Source: an uncultured Acidimicrobiaceae bacterium (GTDB lineage: Bacteria > Actinomycetota > Acidimicrobiia > Acidimicrobiales > Bog-793). From it: a stretch of DNA of 41,879 bases. Below the pieces are notes generated by a model that was given only the letters and a program-made list of their open reading frames with translations, was not told the DNA's origin and ran no database searches. A program made the translations under genes and the position numbers. The DNA lies in assembly GCA_903845085.1 (NCBI GenBank), contig CAIMWD010000020.1, positions 1 through 41,879 of the forward strand, read 5' to 3'. Shown here piece by piece: positions 31,691 through 41,128 of the stretch. The first letter of the stretch is position 1. Every line of letters starts with the position of its first letter.

Positions 31691-32450
31691 GAGGGGATTC
31701 GAACCGGTAACCCAGTCCGCGGATCGTCGTGATAAGTACGGGATTCGCCGGGTCACTCTCGACGCGAGAACGCAGGCGTTTGATATGTACATCAAGTGTC
31801 TTCGTATCACCGACGTAGTCGTAACCCCATACGCGCTCGATGAGGCGTTCACGAGTGACAACGCGACCGGCGTTTGAGATAAGGAGCAGAAGGAGCTCAA
31901 ACTCCTTCAGGGGAAGTCGGATCTCCACACCTCGCACGATGCACTCATGTCGCTCAGGATCCAGGCGGACGTCGCCGACGGTGATTGCCTCGCTCTCCGT
32001 ACCCTCGTTGAGCTCCTCCTCGATCTGGAGGGAGCGGAGGCGCTCCTCCTCCGCGAGCGAGCTACGCCGCAATACCGCACGGATCCTCGAGATCAATTCG
32101 CGGAGACGATAGGGCTTCGCAACGTAGTCATCAGCACCGATCTCTAGGCCCACAACCGTGTCGATCTCGGTTGACTTTGCGGTGACCATGATGATGGGTA
32201 CCGCAGATTTTGCGCGGATCGAGCGGCAGACATCAAGGCCAGTCAATTTGGGAAGCATGACGTCGAGAAGGACGATGTCAAAGTCACCATCGTGAAAGAG
32301 TTCCAGTGCCTCAGCCCCATCCCGAGCGATGGTGACCTTGAAATTCTCTCGCTCAAGTCCGACCGCTAGCGCATCGATGAAGGACTCTTCATCCTCGGCG
32401 ATGAGGACCCGGACGATCTCTTCTGTGGTCACCACTTCTAGGCTAGTCAC
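31680..32450 (-). CDS. regX3: OmpR-family response regulator RegX3
   Basis: AEDEES, LDVMLP, EIDTVVGLEIGADDYV, LPLKEFELL, WGYDYVGDTKTLDVHIKRLR. Confidence 0.92.
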   Translation of the reverse strand: MTSLEVVTTEEIVRVLIAEDEESFIDALAVGLERENFKVTIARDGAEALELFHDGDFDIVLLDVMLPKLTGLDVCRSIRAKSAVPIIMVTAKSTEIDTVVGLEIGADDYVAKPYRLRELISRIRAVLRRSSLAEEERLRSLQIEEELNEGTESEAITVGDVRLDPERHECIVRGVEIRLPLKEFELLLLLISNAGRVVTRERLIERVWGYDYVGDTKTLDVHIKRLRSRVESDPANPVLITTIRGLGYRFESPRAH

Positions 32451-32470
32451 ACCCCAGTCACCCGACGTTC

Positions 32471-33730
32471 TCAGCCGACCTCGCCGCCCGCCTGCAGCGG
32501 GAGATGCAGTAGGAAGGTCGTTCCCTCACCCTCACGAGAATCGACTTCGACGTACCCTTGATGGTTCTGTGCGACATGGCGCACGATAGAGAGGCCAAGT
32601 CCTGTCCCGCCGGTGGCACGGCTTCGACCAGGATCGACGCGGTAGAAACGCTCGAAGATGCGCTCGAGATCGCGGGTCGGAATTCCGACGCCAGCGTCTT
32701 TTACGGAGATCACCACGTCATCTCCCACCACGGACGCACTGACGTGAACCTTCTTATCCGGATAGGAGAACTTCACCGCGTTATCTATCAGGTTAAATAC
32801 TGCGGAGGTCAGCTGCCGGCGATCACCGAGCACGGCAACTGGAGGGTTGGGTTCATTGAGTTCAATGCCGACGCTGCGCTGGTCTGCCGCCTCGCGAACT
32901 CGCTCGGTCGCCTCCGCAAGTACCAGGTTGATCAGGACCGGTTCGCGTGGTGGTGTCGATTCCGATTCGATCCGGGTCAGGTCGAGAAGATCATCGATGA
33001 CGCGCGAGATGCGAAATGCCTCCATGTGAATGCGTTCGGCAAGCCGACGCGAGACCGCCGGCTCTGTCTCGTCAAGCAGTGTCTCTGCAAGAAGCCCCAG
33101 TGCACCCATCGGTGTCTTCATCTCGTGACTGACATTGGCGATAAAGTCGCGCCGCACCTCTTCAAGGCGCCGACGCTCTGAGACGTCCTCAATCACCGCT
33201 GCCACGCCAAGATTTCGCTGGCCATTGTCGATGCTCTTGGTGCTCACGATGAGCGTGCGTCGAGGCGGGCCATAGAGCTCCAAGGTGCGCTCTCCCTCGC
33301 TGCCAAATGTGGTGGAGGCGATGAGCTCATTGACCGCTTGGATAGCGAGAGCATCGCCATGACGGTTGCTCATAAGTTCAATCGCCCGTGCATTTCGAAA
33401 GACATGGTCACCATGTTCATCACAGACAATTACGGCCTGCGGAAGGGTGTCGAGTGCCTTGCGTAGACGAATGGCATCAGAACTTGCATTGGTGACGGCC
33501 TCCGAGGCGCGCTCAGTGGTCTGCTCCAGATAGGTAAGCGCCTCCTCTATATCGTCCGGCTCCTCCGCGAGACTGTCGCCGCCGAGCCGCGAGCCGAGCG
33601 CAATGAGTCGTTGACGAAGGGCATCCGCTCCACGCCGCGAGCCGAAGACATAGGCACCGATCACCGCAAGAAGTGCAACTCCGATACAGATCAGGAGAAC
33701 AGAGAGCGGGATGTGCAGGTCGTGAGACAT
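32471..33730 (-). CDS. senX3: Sensor histidine kinase SenX3
   Basis: RRDFIANVSHEMKTP, NLIDNAVK, RIFERFYRVD..RSRATGGTGLGL; directly upstream of regX3 and near pst genes. Confidence 0.9.
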   Translation of the reverse strand: MSHDLHIPLSVLLICIGVALLAVIGAYVFGSRRGADALRQRLIALGSRLGGDSLAEEPDDIEEALTYLEQTTERASEAVTNASSDAIRLRKALDTLPQAVIVCDEHGDHVFRNARAIELMSNRHGDALAIQAVNELIASTTFGSEGERTLELYGPPRRTLIVSTKSIDNGQRNLGVAAVIEDVSERRRLEEVRRDFIANVSHEMKTPMGALGLLAETLLDETEPAVSRRLAERIHMEAFRISRVIDDLLDLTRIESESTPPREPVLINLVLAEATERVREAADQRSVGIELNEPNPPVAVLGDRRQLTSAVFNLIDNAVKFSYPDKKVHVSASVVGDDVVISVKDAGVGIPTRDLERIFERFYRVDPGRSRATGGTGLGLSIVRHVAQNHQGYVEVDSREGEGTTFLLHLPLQAGGEVG

Positions 33731-33793
33731 TCCATAAGCATGTCAGCTCACCGGAGGAGCTACCGAAATGGAGCGGGTTTTTGACCCGCCCTC

Positions 33794-33822
33794 TTGTCGT
33801 GGTCGCTCTCTCTGCCTAGGAT
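33794..33822 (+). promoter_or_regulatory. Sigma-70-type promoter for the T4SS-like operon
   Basis: TTGTCG-N17-TAGGAT about 105 nt upstream of a GTG start with a GGAGG RBS. Confidence 0.55.
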
Positions 33823-33927
33823 CTCCACGCGCCTGCAAAGACTGCTGTAAGGCGCACCTATCTTGTCGACACTCTCGACCTCTTTCCGCTGCTGCCGTCC
33901 TCTTCGGCACCTTCACTGGAGGTAACT

Positions 33928-34242
33928 GTGTCTTCGATCTACGTGCTATTGCCGCCCTTTCAGTCTTCGGGGCCCGGGCTCAGTCCAAATGCTGCGGGGC
34001 TGCCAGGAAGCGCCACCTTGCAGTCGCTGATCAATGGACTTGCGTGGTGGGCGCTCCTCGCTGCACTCGCAGGTCTGGTGATTGGGGCAGCAACCTGGGC
34101 TCTTGGGTCTCACTCAAACAATTACCAACACGCGTCAACGGGACGTCGGGCAGTTCTGGTCTCTGGCGGCGCCGCGCTGCTTATCGGCGCAGCACCGACG
34201 ATCTTGAACTTCCTCTTCTCTACCGGCCAGTCCTTACATTGA
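33928..34242 (+). CDS. VirB2/TrbC-like pilin (DUF6112-like)
   Basis: 104 aa, two hydrophobic helices, 'PNAAGLPG...WALGSHSNN...GRRAVL...AALLIGAA'; GGAGG RBS. Confidence 0.75.
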   Translation: MSSIYVLLPPFQSSGPGLSPNAAGLPGSATLQSLINGLAWWALLAALAGLVIGAATWALGSHSNNYQHASTGRRAVLVSGGAALLIGAAPTILNFLFSTGQSLH

Positions 34243-35435
34243 GCGCCCCGATGGTCGTTGACCGCCTGCCATATGGCTTCGTCCTTCGCCCAACGACGGG
34301 GATCGGCTCCCTATTTGGATTGAGCGTTCATGGCCTAATGAACGGACTCTTTTCGATCTTTGGCGCGTGGACCGTCAATGGAACGAGGGCACTCCTCACT
34401 GCATTCTCGGTTGTTTTAAATGACACCTCCGGAGTGACATTTGGAACAGGATTTCACACGCTCTATCTCGTTGTGCGCGGTTTTGGCGCGCAGATCGGAG
34501 TGGCGCTTTTGCTAATTGTCACACTGCAAGCGCTCCTGCAGCAAGACCTCGGCCTTCTCACACGGGTGATCTTTGTTCGACTTCCCGCGGCGTTTTTGCT
34601 CTCGGGCGTCGCTGTAGAGGTGGTCGCCGGGCTGCTCGTCGTTAGCGATTCACTCTCTCGCTCGCTTCTGGCGACGGGTCGACAGAGCATCACCTCATTT
34701 CTCTCCGCCCTAGATGGAGTATTTACTGCAGGCTCCATTCTCTCGCCAGCAACAACCGGATTCGAGGGACTCCTTCTCGCTATCGCCCTTGGATTTGTAG
34801 TCTTTCTCTGCTGGCTCGAGCTGGTACTTCGTTCCGCAGCGATCACCATCGTGACGCTCTTCTTGCCGCTCGCATTTGCCGGCGTCATCTGGCCGGCAAC
34901 GCAACAGTGGCTGCGGCGCCTCGCAGAGACGTTGTTCGTATTGATCATCTCCAAAGTCATCATCGCAGGGATCTACGCCCTTGCGCTGGTGAGTTTTGGA
35001 CATGCGACAGGTGCGGCGATGTTGGTGAATGCGATTGCGATCTTCCTCCTCTGTGCGTGGGCTCCCTTCACGCTGTTGCATCTCGTGCCGATCGCGGAGG
35101 GCAGTGCGATGACTCATCTCTCTGGCCTCTCGCAGCGCGCAGCACAGGGAGCGCAGCGAACCGCCAAGAGGGTCGTTCCGATGGCAGCAGATGCGGTTCT
35201 ACCTGAGCCACAGCCAAGTGTTGATGAGGGTGACGATCTCGATTGGGCACCGGTTGATCCAAATGAGATCCTCACCGTTGATCCCGAAGATCGAGAGACA
35301 TTTGCCTTTTTGGAACCATTCGTTCGGGTTCGCGATGAGGAACAGCGCCCACGCGACGCCGATGGCTCACCGCTGCGATTACCGCCCTCGGTCGAGCGCT
35401 ATGGGCCCGGGGAGGAGAGCAACCATGACAGATAA
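34239..35435 (+). CDS. VirB6/TrbL-like polytopic membrane protein
   Basis: 'WLELVLRSAAI...FLPLAFAG.IWP...W.RRL.E.L..LIISKVII' core; start TTG 34239 (overlapping the pilin stop) or ATG 34251. Confidence 0.75.
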   Translation: MSAPMVVDRLPYGFVLRPTTGIGSLFGLSVHGLMNGLFSIFGAWTVNGTRALLTAFSVVLNDTSGVTFGTGFHTLYLVVRGFGAQIGVALLLIVTLQALLQQDLGLLTRVIFVRLPAAFLLSGVAVEVVAGLLVVSDSLSRSLLATGRQSITSFLSALDGVFTAGSILSPATTGFEGLLLAIALGFVVFLCWLELVLRSAAITIVTLFLPLAFAGVIWPATQQWLRRLAETLFVLIISKVIIAGIYALALVSFGHATGAAMLVNAIAIFLLCAWAPFTLLHLVPIAEGSAMTHLSGLSQRAAQGAQRTAKRVVPMAADAVLPEPQPSVDEGDDLDWAPVDPNEILTVDPEDRETFAFLEPFVRVRDEEQRPRDADGSPLRLPPSVERYGPGEESNHDR

Positions 35436-36864
35436 CCGGCGCCACTATTGGTTCGGACCGCGCGATGATCGGGCGCTTCTCGCCGCGCTCGGTCCGCTGC
35501 AACTGGGCGTGATTGGCGCTTCATTGGTGCTTGGCGTCATCGCGCTCCATCTCTTTGCACCACCGGTGGGACTCGAATCGGCTGCTGGTCTCGGCGTGAT
35601 GGGGATGACCCTCTCACTCGGGCGCATCGAAGGGAGGTCGTTGGTGGAGTGGGTCGTGGAGCTCTCGCGGTTCTCACATGCTGGTGTTGTCGGCGAGCGT
35701 CGGATGCTCTATCGGATCCGGACCGGCCTGCGCACCTCACCATCGCCGGCGAAATTCGCGTCGACCGAGTTCGTAGAGGTCACTCACGGCGGTCGATCAA
35801 TAGGAGTGATACTTGATCAACGGAAGCGGATGGTCTCCGGAGTCATCGACGTTGCCGGGACCTCGCTTTCACTCCTCGATAACCAAGAGCGCGAGCGTCT
35901 TTCGATGGCGTGGTCCTCAGTGCTCGCGGCGAGTGCGACGGATCGAAGGACGGTGCGTCTGAAATGGATACATGAGACGGCGCCCGATATCGCGATGAAA
36001 ACTCGCGCATCGGTCATCACCAATATGGCAGGGGTGGCGGACCTGCGCCGCCGCGAGGCGATGGATGCCTATCTCTCGCTGATCGACCAGGTGGGGGGTG
36101 AGCGTCTCGTTACCGAACAGCTCCTGGTCGTGAGTCTTCCCCTCCACTCGCGCTGGCAACCGAGCAACGCGCGCGTCGATCGCACTCCGGTGCCTGAGGG
36201 CCCGTTTCATGATCTTATTGTGCAGCTCGATCTCCTGATGCGGCGACTACATGATGCGGGAATTCCTCCCCGCGGGCCGCTCACACGGGCGCAACTTGAA
36301 GGCGTTACCCAACGACGCTTTCTGCTCACCGGTGTGGCGCAGCGTCGGACTGGGTTGTGGCCTGGCGCAATGGAGGAGCGATGGGAGAGCCTGCGCACCG
36401 ACGAACTCTGGCATGCGACCTTTTGGATTGCGGAGTGGCCTCGAGCCGTGGTCACCTCCGGATTTTTGTTACCACTGCTCAGCGAATCACGGGTCCGCCG
36501 AACGGTCGCGCTCGCCATGTCGCCACTCGCGGTAGATCGCGCGGTCCACCGTGCCGAGCAGCGTCGAACCTCGGCGACAGCGGATGCACAGCTACGCGGT
36601 CGCTATGGGTTTGCACTGAGCTCGCGGCGGCGAGCACAGCACGAAGCGATGACGCGACGAGAGGAGGAGCTCTCGGTCGGTCACCGAGGCTTTGAGTTCT
36701 CCGGATATATCACGGTGTCGGCTGGCTCCCCGCAGGAGCTGGCGGAGGCCTGCGACCAGATAGAACAGTGCGCCTCGGTATGTCACCTCGAGCTCCGGCG
36801 ACTCTATGGAGTCCAGCGTCGCGCCTTCGCCTTTGGGCTCTTAAATGCGCTGGGGTGTCAGTGA
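35425..36864 (+). CDS. PrgI/SCO6880-family protein (VirB3-like TMs plus soluble domain)
   Basis: Y.FGPR, two N-terminal TMs, 'E.W..LRTD..WHATFWIAEWPR', 'REEEL..GH...FSGYITVS', 'LRRLYG.Q'; GAGGAG RBS. Confidence 0.8.
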   Translation: MTDNRRHYWFGPRDDRALLAALGPLQLGVIGASLVLGVIALHLFAPPVGLESAAGLGVMGMTLSLGRIEGRSLVEWVVELSRFSHAGVVGERRMLYRIRTGLRTSPSPAKFASTEFVEVTHGGRSIGVILDQRKRMVSGVIDVAGTSLSLLDNQERERLSMAWSSVLAASATDRRTVRLKWIHETAPDIAMKTRASVITNMAGVADLRRREAMDAYLSLIDQVGGERLVTEQLLVVSLPLHSRWQPSNARVDRTPVPEGPFHDLIVQLDLLMRRLHDAGIPPRGPLTRAQLEGVTQRRFLLTGVAQRRTGLWPGAMEERWESLRTDELWHATFWIAEWPRAVVTSGFLLPLLSESRVRRTVALAMSPLAVDRAVHRAEQRRTSATADAQLRGRYGFALSSRRRAQHEAMTRREEELSVGHRGFEFSGYITVSAGSPQELAEACDQIEQCASVCHLELRRLYGVQRRAFAFGLLNALGCQ

Positions 36865-38135
36865 AGATCCCCGTCCACGAGGCAACCTCACTCCAGCTCG
36901 GTGCGACTTTTCCCTTCGTGACTGGCCCAAAATTGCCGACGCGGCATCTGCTCATCGGCAGAGAGCGATCCGGCGACGATTTCTGCTACGACCCCTTTGC
37001 GCTTTATCAGAGTGGATATCTCACCAATCCAAATATGGTTGTGATGGGGCAGGTGGGGCGGGGAAAGAGTGCATTTGTAAAGAGCTTTCTCTTTCGCAAT
37101 TTTGCCTTGGGCCGACGCATCATTGTGATTGATCCCAAGGGAGAGTACAGCGCCTTGGCCGCACAGATCGGCGCTCGGCGCGTGGTGGTCGCTCCGAATT
37201 CCCCTACCCCAGTGAACCCACTCGGTGATGTCGGTTCGCATGCGACGGGCGAGGAACGAGCGCAGCTCGTTCATCGAAATCTGGCAGTTATCGCTGCACT
37301 TGCGCTTCGACGCGCACTTCGCCCGGAGGAAGAGGTTGCACTGGCCCTTGCACTCAACCGTCTCCTCCAAGGCCGAAGGATGGTTACCCTTCGCGAGGTC
37401 ATCGAGTCACTGCGCGTCCCCACTCTCGACGACGCGAATTCGCTGCATCTAGAACCCGCTGAACTTGCGGAGATCGGCGCTGCCACTGCATATTCTTTCC
37501 AGCGTCTCCTCGGTGGACAATTTGGCACCCTGTTTCACGGCGATGGCGCGCGCATCGCACCTTTTCCCTATCGCTCGCTCGTCTTGGATGTCTCCGCCTT
37601 TTATCGTTCGGATGCGCTCTCGCTTGTGCTTGTAGCGCTGCTCGGTTCCCTCGAGACGCAGCTTCGAGCTGAAGGGGGGATGACGTTATTAGTTGTGGAT
37701 GAGGCGTGGGCCGTTGTCGATGATCCGGTGACCTCCGGATTTCTCCGTGCATTTTTTAAGCTCGCCCGCAGCTTTGGGTTGGCCAATCTTCTGGTCGTCC
37801 ATCGACCCTCTGACCTTGGCGTGCGTCGTAGTGGACTCGGTGCCGCAGATGCGTCAATCGGCGAGGGCCTCGTAGCCGATTGCGAGTCCGCGGTGATCTA
37901 CGCACTGGCACGACCGGAGGCGCGACGAGCACAGCACCTCTTTGGGCTGTCATCGCGAGAGACAGAACTCCTTGCTGGATTAGGTCGCGGAGTTGCTCTG
38001 TGGCGTGTCGGTGAATCACGTTTTCTCGTTCGCCATGAACTCAGCGCCGTGGAGGCAGAGATCATCGACACCGACCAGGCGATGCGCCGTTCGCGCGATG
38101 AGGCGAACCGCGCAGGTCCACGAGAGACGCGATAG
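36861..38135 (+). CDS. VirB4-like ATPase
   Basis: F.YDPF.LY....TNPN, Walker A GQVGRGKS, IDPKGEY, Walker B LLVVDEAW, KLARSFG, DTDQAM; GTGA overlap. Confidence 0.85.
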   Translation: MKIPVHEATSLQLGATFPFVTGPKLPTRHLLIGRERSGDDFCYDPFALYQSGYLTNPNMVVMGQVGRGKSAFVKSFLFRNFALGRRIIVIDPKGEYSALAAQIGARRVVVAPNSPTPVNPLGDVGSHATGEERAQLVHRNLAVIAALALRRALRPEEEVALALALNRLLQGRRMVTLREVIESLRVPTLDDANSLHLEPAELAEIGAATAYSFQRLLGGQFGTLFHGDGARIAPFPYRSLVLDVSAFYRSDALSLVLVALLGSLETQLRAEGGMTLLVVDEAWAVVDDPVTSGFLRAFFKLARSFGLANLLVVHRPSDLGVRRSGLGAADASIGEGLVADCESAVIYALARPEARRAQHLFGLSSRETELLAGLGRGVALWRVGESRFLVRHELSAVEAEIIDTDQAMRRSRDEANRAGPRETR

Positions 38136-38145
38136 GAGGAATTAC

Positions 38146-38589
38146 CTAATTGGTCGGTGCCGATCGCTCGTGCGCGATCTCTGAGGGGAGCCCGGCAGCA
38201 ACCGCTAGACCAACAACAACGGCGCCCGAGGTGGCTGCGAGGATGCCCCAGCGCCAAAACTTCGGCAGGTGAGAGAAGTCTCGGAGGGTAACGGAGGCAT
38301 CGACAAGGTCGGCGCCGGCGCCCAAAAGTAGGAGCTGACGAAGGCGTTTAGGGTCGCGCTCGAGCAGGGTACCGAGTCCTATCGTGATGTCGCGCCCGCC
38401 GAGTGCACGCGCCAAGAGACGCACTGACCCCCGTCTCGCCTCGTCGTCGCCGACCCAGGGTGCCACCGGAAGGCGAGGAGCGAGGATGGCGACGATTCCG
38501 AGTCCGGTACGCGCCACACCGAGGAGGCGTGCGATCGTGGATGCGCCAGCGCCAACACGTCCACAATTGCGTGGGGGATGAATGTTCAT
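38146..38589 (-). CDS. Small membrane protein (DUF4267-like)
   Basis: 'R.GLG...P....W...RALGGRD..IGLG' with 3-4 TMs; TAGAAT 7 nt before the ATG. Confidence 0.65.
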   Translation of the reverse strand: MNIHPPRNCGRVGAGASTIARLLGVARTGLGIVAILAPRLPVAPWVGDDEARRGSVRLLARALGGRDITIGLGTLLERDPKRLRQLLLLGAGADLVDASVTLRDFSHLPKFWRWGILAATSGAVVVGLAVAAGLPSEIAHERSAPTN

Positions 38590-38649
38590 CCCTTAAATTC
38601 TAGGACGCACGCGCGCTGACACTTACATTCGAGGAGGCGGTAACCGTGA

Positions 38650-38695
38650 AAAGCCACTCCGACGTGCAAGTTAAAGCCACTCCGACGTGCAAGTT
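38650..38695. repeat. Perfect 23-bp tandem duplication
   Basis: AAAGCCACTCCGACGTGCAAGTT at 38650-38672 and 38673-38695, followed by AAAG. Confidence 0.95.
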
Positions 38696-38769
38696 AAAGA
38701 AGGTTTCACGTTGAAGTCACCTTCTGTTCATCTCTTCGATGATTAGCGTTTAGCTGCTCCCCGTACGGT
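38693..38769 (+). promoter_or_regulatory. PHO-box-like 11-bp phased repeats and pstB promoter
   Basis: GTTAAAG 38693, TTTCACG 38704, AGTCACC 38715, GTTCATC 38726, GTTTAGC 38748 (actinobacterial unit GTTCACC); TACGGT 38764-38769 then 6 nt to the GTG. Confidence 0.7.
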
Positions 38770-38775
38770 AGCTAT

Positions 38776-39624
38776 GTGACTACAACACCCCCGAAGGAGC
38801 AGACCACGGTGAGTGACCGCCTTGGTGAGCCCTCGAACACGCCGCTGAGCTCAACGGACAATGTAATGAGCGCACGCGATGTCTCGCTTGGATTCGGAGC
38901 GACCACCGTGATGCAGGACATCACCGTCAACTTCCCCCGCGGTTCGATCAATGCACTCGTGGGTCCCTCAGGTTCTGGAAAGACAACCTTTCTTCGATCG
39001 ATGAATCGCTTGAATGACAAGGTGCCAGGGTTTTGGCTCCGGGGCGAGGTGTGCCTCGATGGACACGACCTCAATGGTTCCGACGTCGACCCACTCATTT
39101 TGCGACGCAAGGTCGGTATGGTCTTCCAGCGTCCCAACCCCTTTCCCATGTCGATCATGGACAATGTGGTCGCGGGGGTTCGCGCACACAAGATGGCGAA
39201 GCGCTCCGAACTCCGTGATATCGCAGAGACTCGCCTCGCAGAGGTCGGGCTTTGGAGCCACATCTCCGATCGCCTCGATGATTCCCCCTTCCGGCTTTCG
39301 GGAGGTCAGCAACAGCTTCTTTGCCTCGCGCGCGCCCTTGCTGTGGAGCCCGAGGTCCTCCTCCTAGACGAGCCGACCTCCTCACTCGACCCGCGTTCGA
39401 CCGAGGCGGTTGAGGAGCTCGTTCGCCGGCTGACGCCTGAGCTCACAGTGATCATCGTGACGCACAACCTTGATCAGGCGCGCCGACTCTCGGACAACAC
39501 GATCTTCTTCTATGAGGGTCAACTCATGGAGACCGGTCCTACGCCACAGCTCTTCGATGCTCCCCAACGCCTTGAGACCCAGCGTTATCTCGGCGGGGCA
39601 GTCACCGTGAACGGAGACAACTAG
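38776..39624 (+). CDS. pstB: Phosphate ABC transporter ATP-binding protein
   Basis: GPSGSGKTTFLR.MNR.ND, VGMVFQRPNPFPMSI, LSGGQQQLLCLARALAVEP. Confidence 0.96.
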   Translation: MTTTPPKEQTTVSDRLGEPSNTPLSSTDNVMSARDVSLGFGATTVMQDITVNFPRGSINALVGPSGSGKTTFLRSMNRLNDKVPGFWLRGEVCLDGHDLNGSDVDPLILRRKVGMVFQRPNPFPMSIMDNVVAGVRAHKMAKRSELRDIAETRLAEVGLWSHISDRLDDSPFRLSGGQQQLLCLARALAVEPEVLLLDEPTSSLDPRSTEAVEELVRRLTPELTVIIVTHNLDQARRLSDNTIFFYEGQLMETGPTPQLFDAPQRLETQRYLGGAVTVNGDN

Positions 39625-39749
39625 ACGGGTCGGCTCTTCGATTCCTCTTGAGGTCATCCGCAGTAAAGGCACCACCGATAGATCGAATTACCCCCAACCC
39701 AAAACGCCCATCTGGGCATAACACCTGAAAAGAAGGAGCATCCATTTCA

Positions 39750-40931
39750 ATGAATGCACAATCACCCTTGGAGTCGTCGTTTATGGCACGACTTCGTCGT
39801 ATCAGCATGGCCACCGCCGCCGGCGCCCTTGCGATCTCTGCACTGTCGATTTCGGCAGCGACCGCACAGACAAAGACCGCTCACAAGACTCCAACGCTGA
39901 GCTCGCTTGAGAAGCAGCTCAAGGCATTGGAAGTTCCTGCGAGTTCTTCGACACCATTGTCCGAGGCTGGATCCTCCCTCTTCTACCCACTCGCAGCCGA
40001 ATGGGCACAGAAGTTCCCCTATGCGTCTACCATTCCTGTCACCGCCGCTGCTGGTGGCTCTGGTGCAGGAGTAAGTGGTGCGATCGCGGGCACGACCAAC
40101 ATCGGCGCCTCTGACCCATACCTGCCGGCCTCTGACACCACCGTGGTCAACATTCCAGAGGTTGTCTCTGCGCAGATGGTGAACTACAACATCCCGGGAC
40201 TTTCCACCAAGATTCACTTGAAGTTGAACGCCACGGTTTTGAACCAGATCTATGAGGGAACTATTACCAACTGGGATTCCCCTGCAATCACCGCCTTGAA
40301 CAAGGGTGTGAAGATCCCCTCAACTCCGATCGTGGTAATCCACCGCTCGGATTCAAGTGGTGACACCTTCCTCTTCTCTACCTACCTCAATGCGGGTTAC
40401 AAGCAGAGCTTCCTGCGTACTGCTACCTCGGGTGGACCTCAGAACCTCGTCAACTGGCCTTCAGTTCCAGGCGAGCTGGCGGAGAAGGGCAACACCGGAA
40501 TGTTGCAGGTCTGTGCAACCACCCCTGGTTGTGTCGCCTACATCGGTGTGAGCTACCTCAACTCGGCCGTCACCTCCTCGAATCTCGGTGAGGCACAGCT
40601 CCAGAATGCGAGCGGAAAGTACCTGCTCCCCGTCGCCTCGACGATCAACGCTGAGGTCGCCGGAATGAAGGCAATGCCCGCAAGTGGTGCCGTCAACTTG
40701 ATCTTCCTTCCGAAGGTCGCAAATGGCTACCCGATCGTGAACTTCGAGTACGCCATCGTGCAGCGCGCGCAGTCCTCGGCGACCGTTGCCAAGGCGATTC
40801 AGTCCTTCCTCGCTTGGGGCATGGACCCAACCGGTGGTGCAAGTGCCGCGAACCTCTCGTTCGTTCACTTCCAGCCGCTGCCGGCGAATGCGCTTGCCGT
40901 AGCCGTCAACCTCCTCAAGTCGATTAGCTAA
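39750..40931 (+). CDS. pstS: Phosphate-binding protein
   Basis: AGSSLFYP, GSGAG, GASD, RSDSSGDTF, GN.G, YPIVNFEY; AAGGAG RBS. Confidence 0.93.
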   Translation: MNAQSPLESSFMARLRRISMATAAGALAISALSISAATAQTKTAHKTPTLSSLEKQLKALEVPASSSTPLSEAGSSLFYPLAAEWAQKFPYASTIPVTAAAGGSGAGVSGAIAGTTNIGASDPYLPASDTTVVNIPEVVSAQMVNYNIPGLSTKIHLKLNATVLNQIYEGTITNWDSPAITALNKGVKIPSTPIVVIHRSDSSGDTFLFSTYLNAGYKQSFLRTATSGGPQNLVNWPSVPGELAEKGNTGMLQVCATTPGCVAYIGVSYLNSAVTSSNLGEAQLQNASGKYLLPVASTINAEVAGMKAMPASGAVNLIFLPKVANGYPIVNFEYAIVQRAQSSATVAKAIQSFLAWGMDPTGGASAANLSFVHFQPLPANALAVAVNLLKSIS

Positions 40932-40986
40932 ACGACTTGAACGGAGTGCCGTCGATCCTCTCGCCTCGTGGCGATGACCGTTAGCG

Positions 40987-41016
40987 CAGTGGCCGGGACG
41001 CGAGTCCCGGCCACTG
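40987..41016 (+). other. Stable intercistronic hairpin between pstS and pstC
   Basis: Perfect 13-bp stem CAGTGGCCGGGAC / GTCCCGGCCACTG with GCGA tetraloop; no U-tract. Confidence 0.75.
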
Positions 41017-41128
41017 GTACGCCATTCGGGCGCCGCGCTCTCCGTGAGATACGCGACACTGATACACGAGATCCAGCGCCCTTCACTCTCCATGTTGGGC
41101 GGATCGTTTTAATAATTAGGGAAGTCGG

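Noticed and set aside
31681-31706. GGTTCGAATCCCCTCGCGCGCAC resembling a tRNA-Leu 3' end or att site
   Set aside because: It encodes the expected RegX3 tail (GYRFESPRAH), the T stem cannot pair and no 5' half exists.
33731-33927. PHO box controlling the T4SS-like operon
   Set aside because: Only one GCTCACC unit with no 11-bp phased partner; phosphate regulation of the module is unsupported by sequence.
33768-35435. 555-aa ORF as one long protein
   Set aside because: Its first ~157 codons overlap the pilin gene in another frame and the promoter; the real start is near 34239-34251.
38650-38699. CRISPR array
   Set aside because: Two adjacent copies with no spacer and no cas genes.
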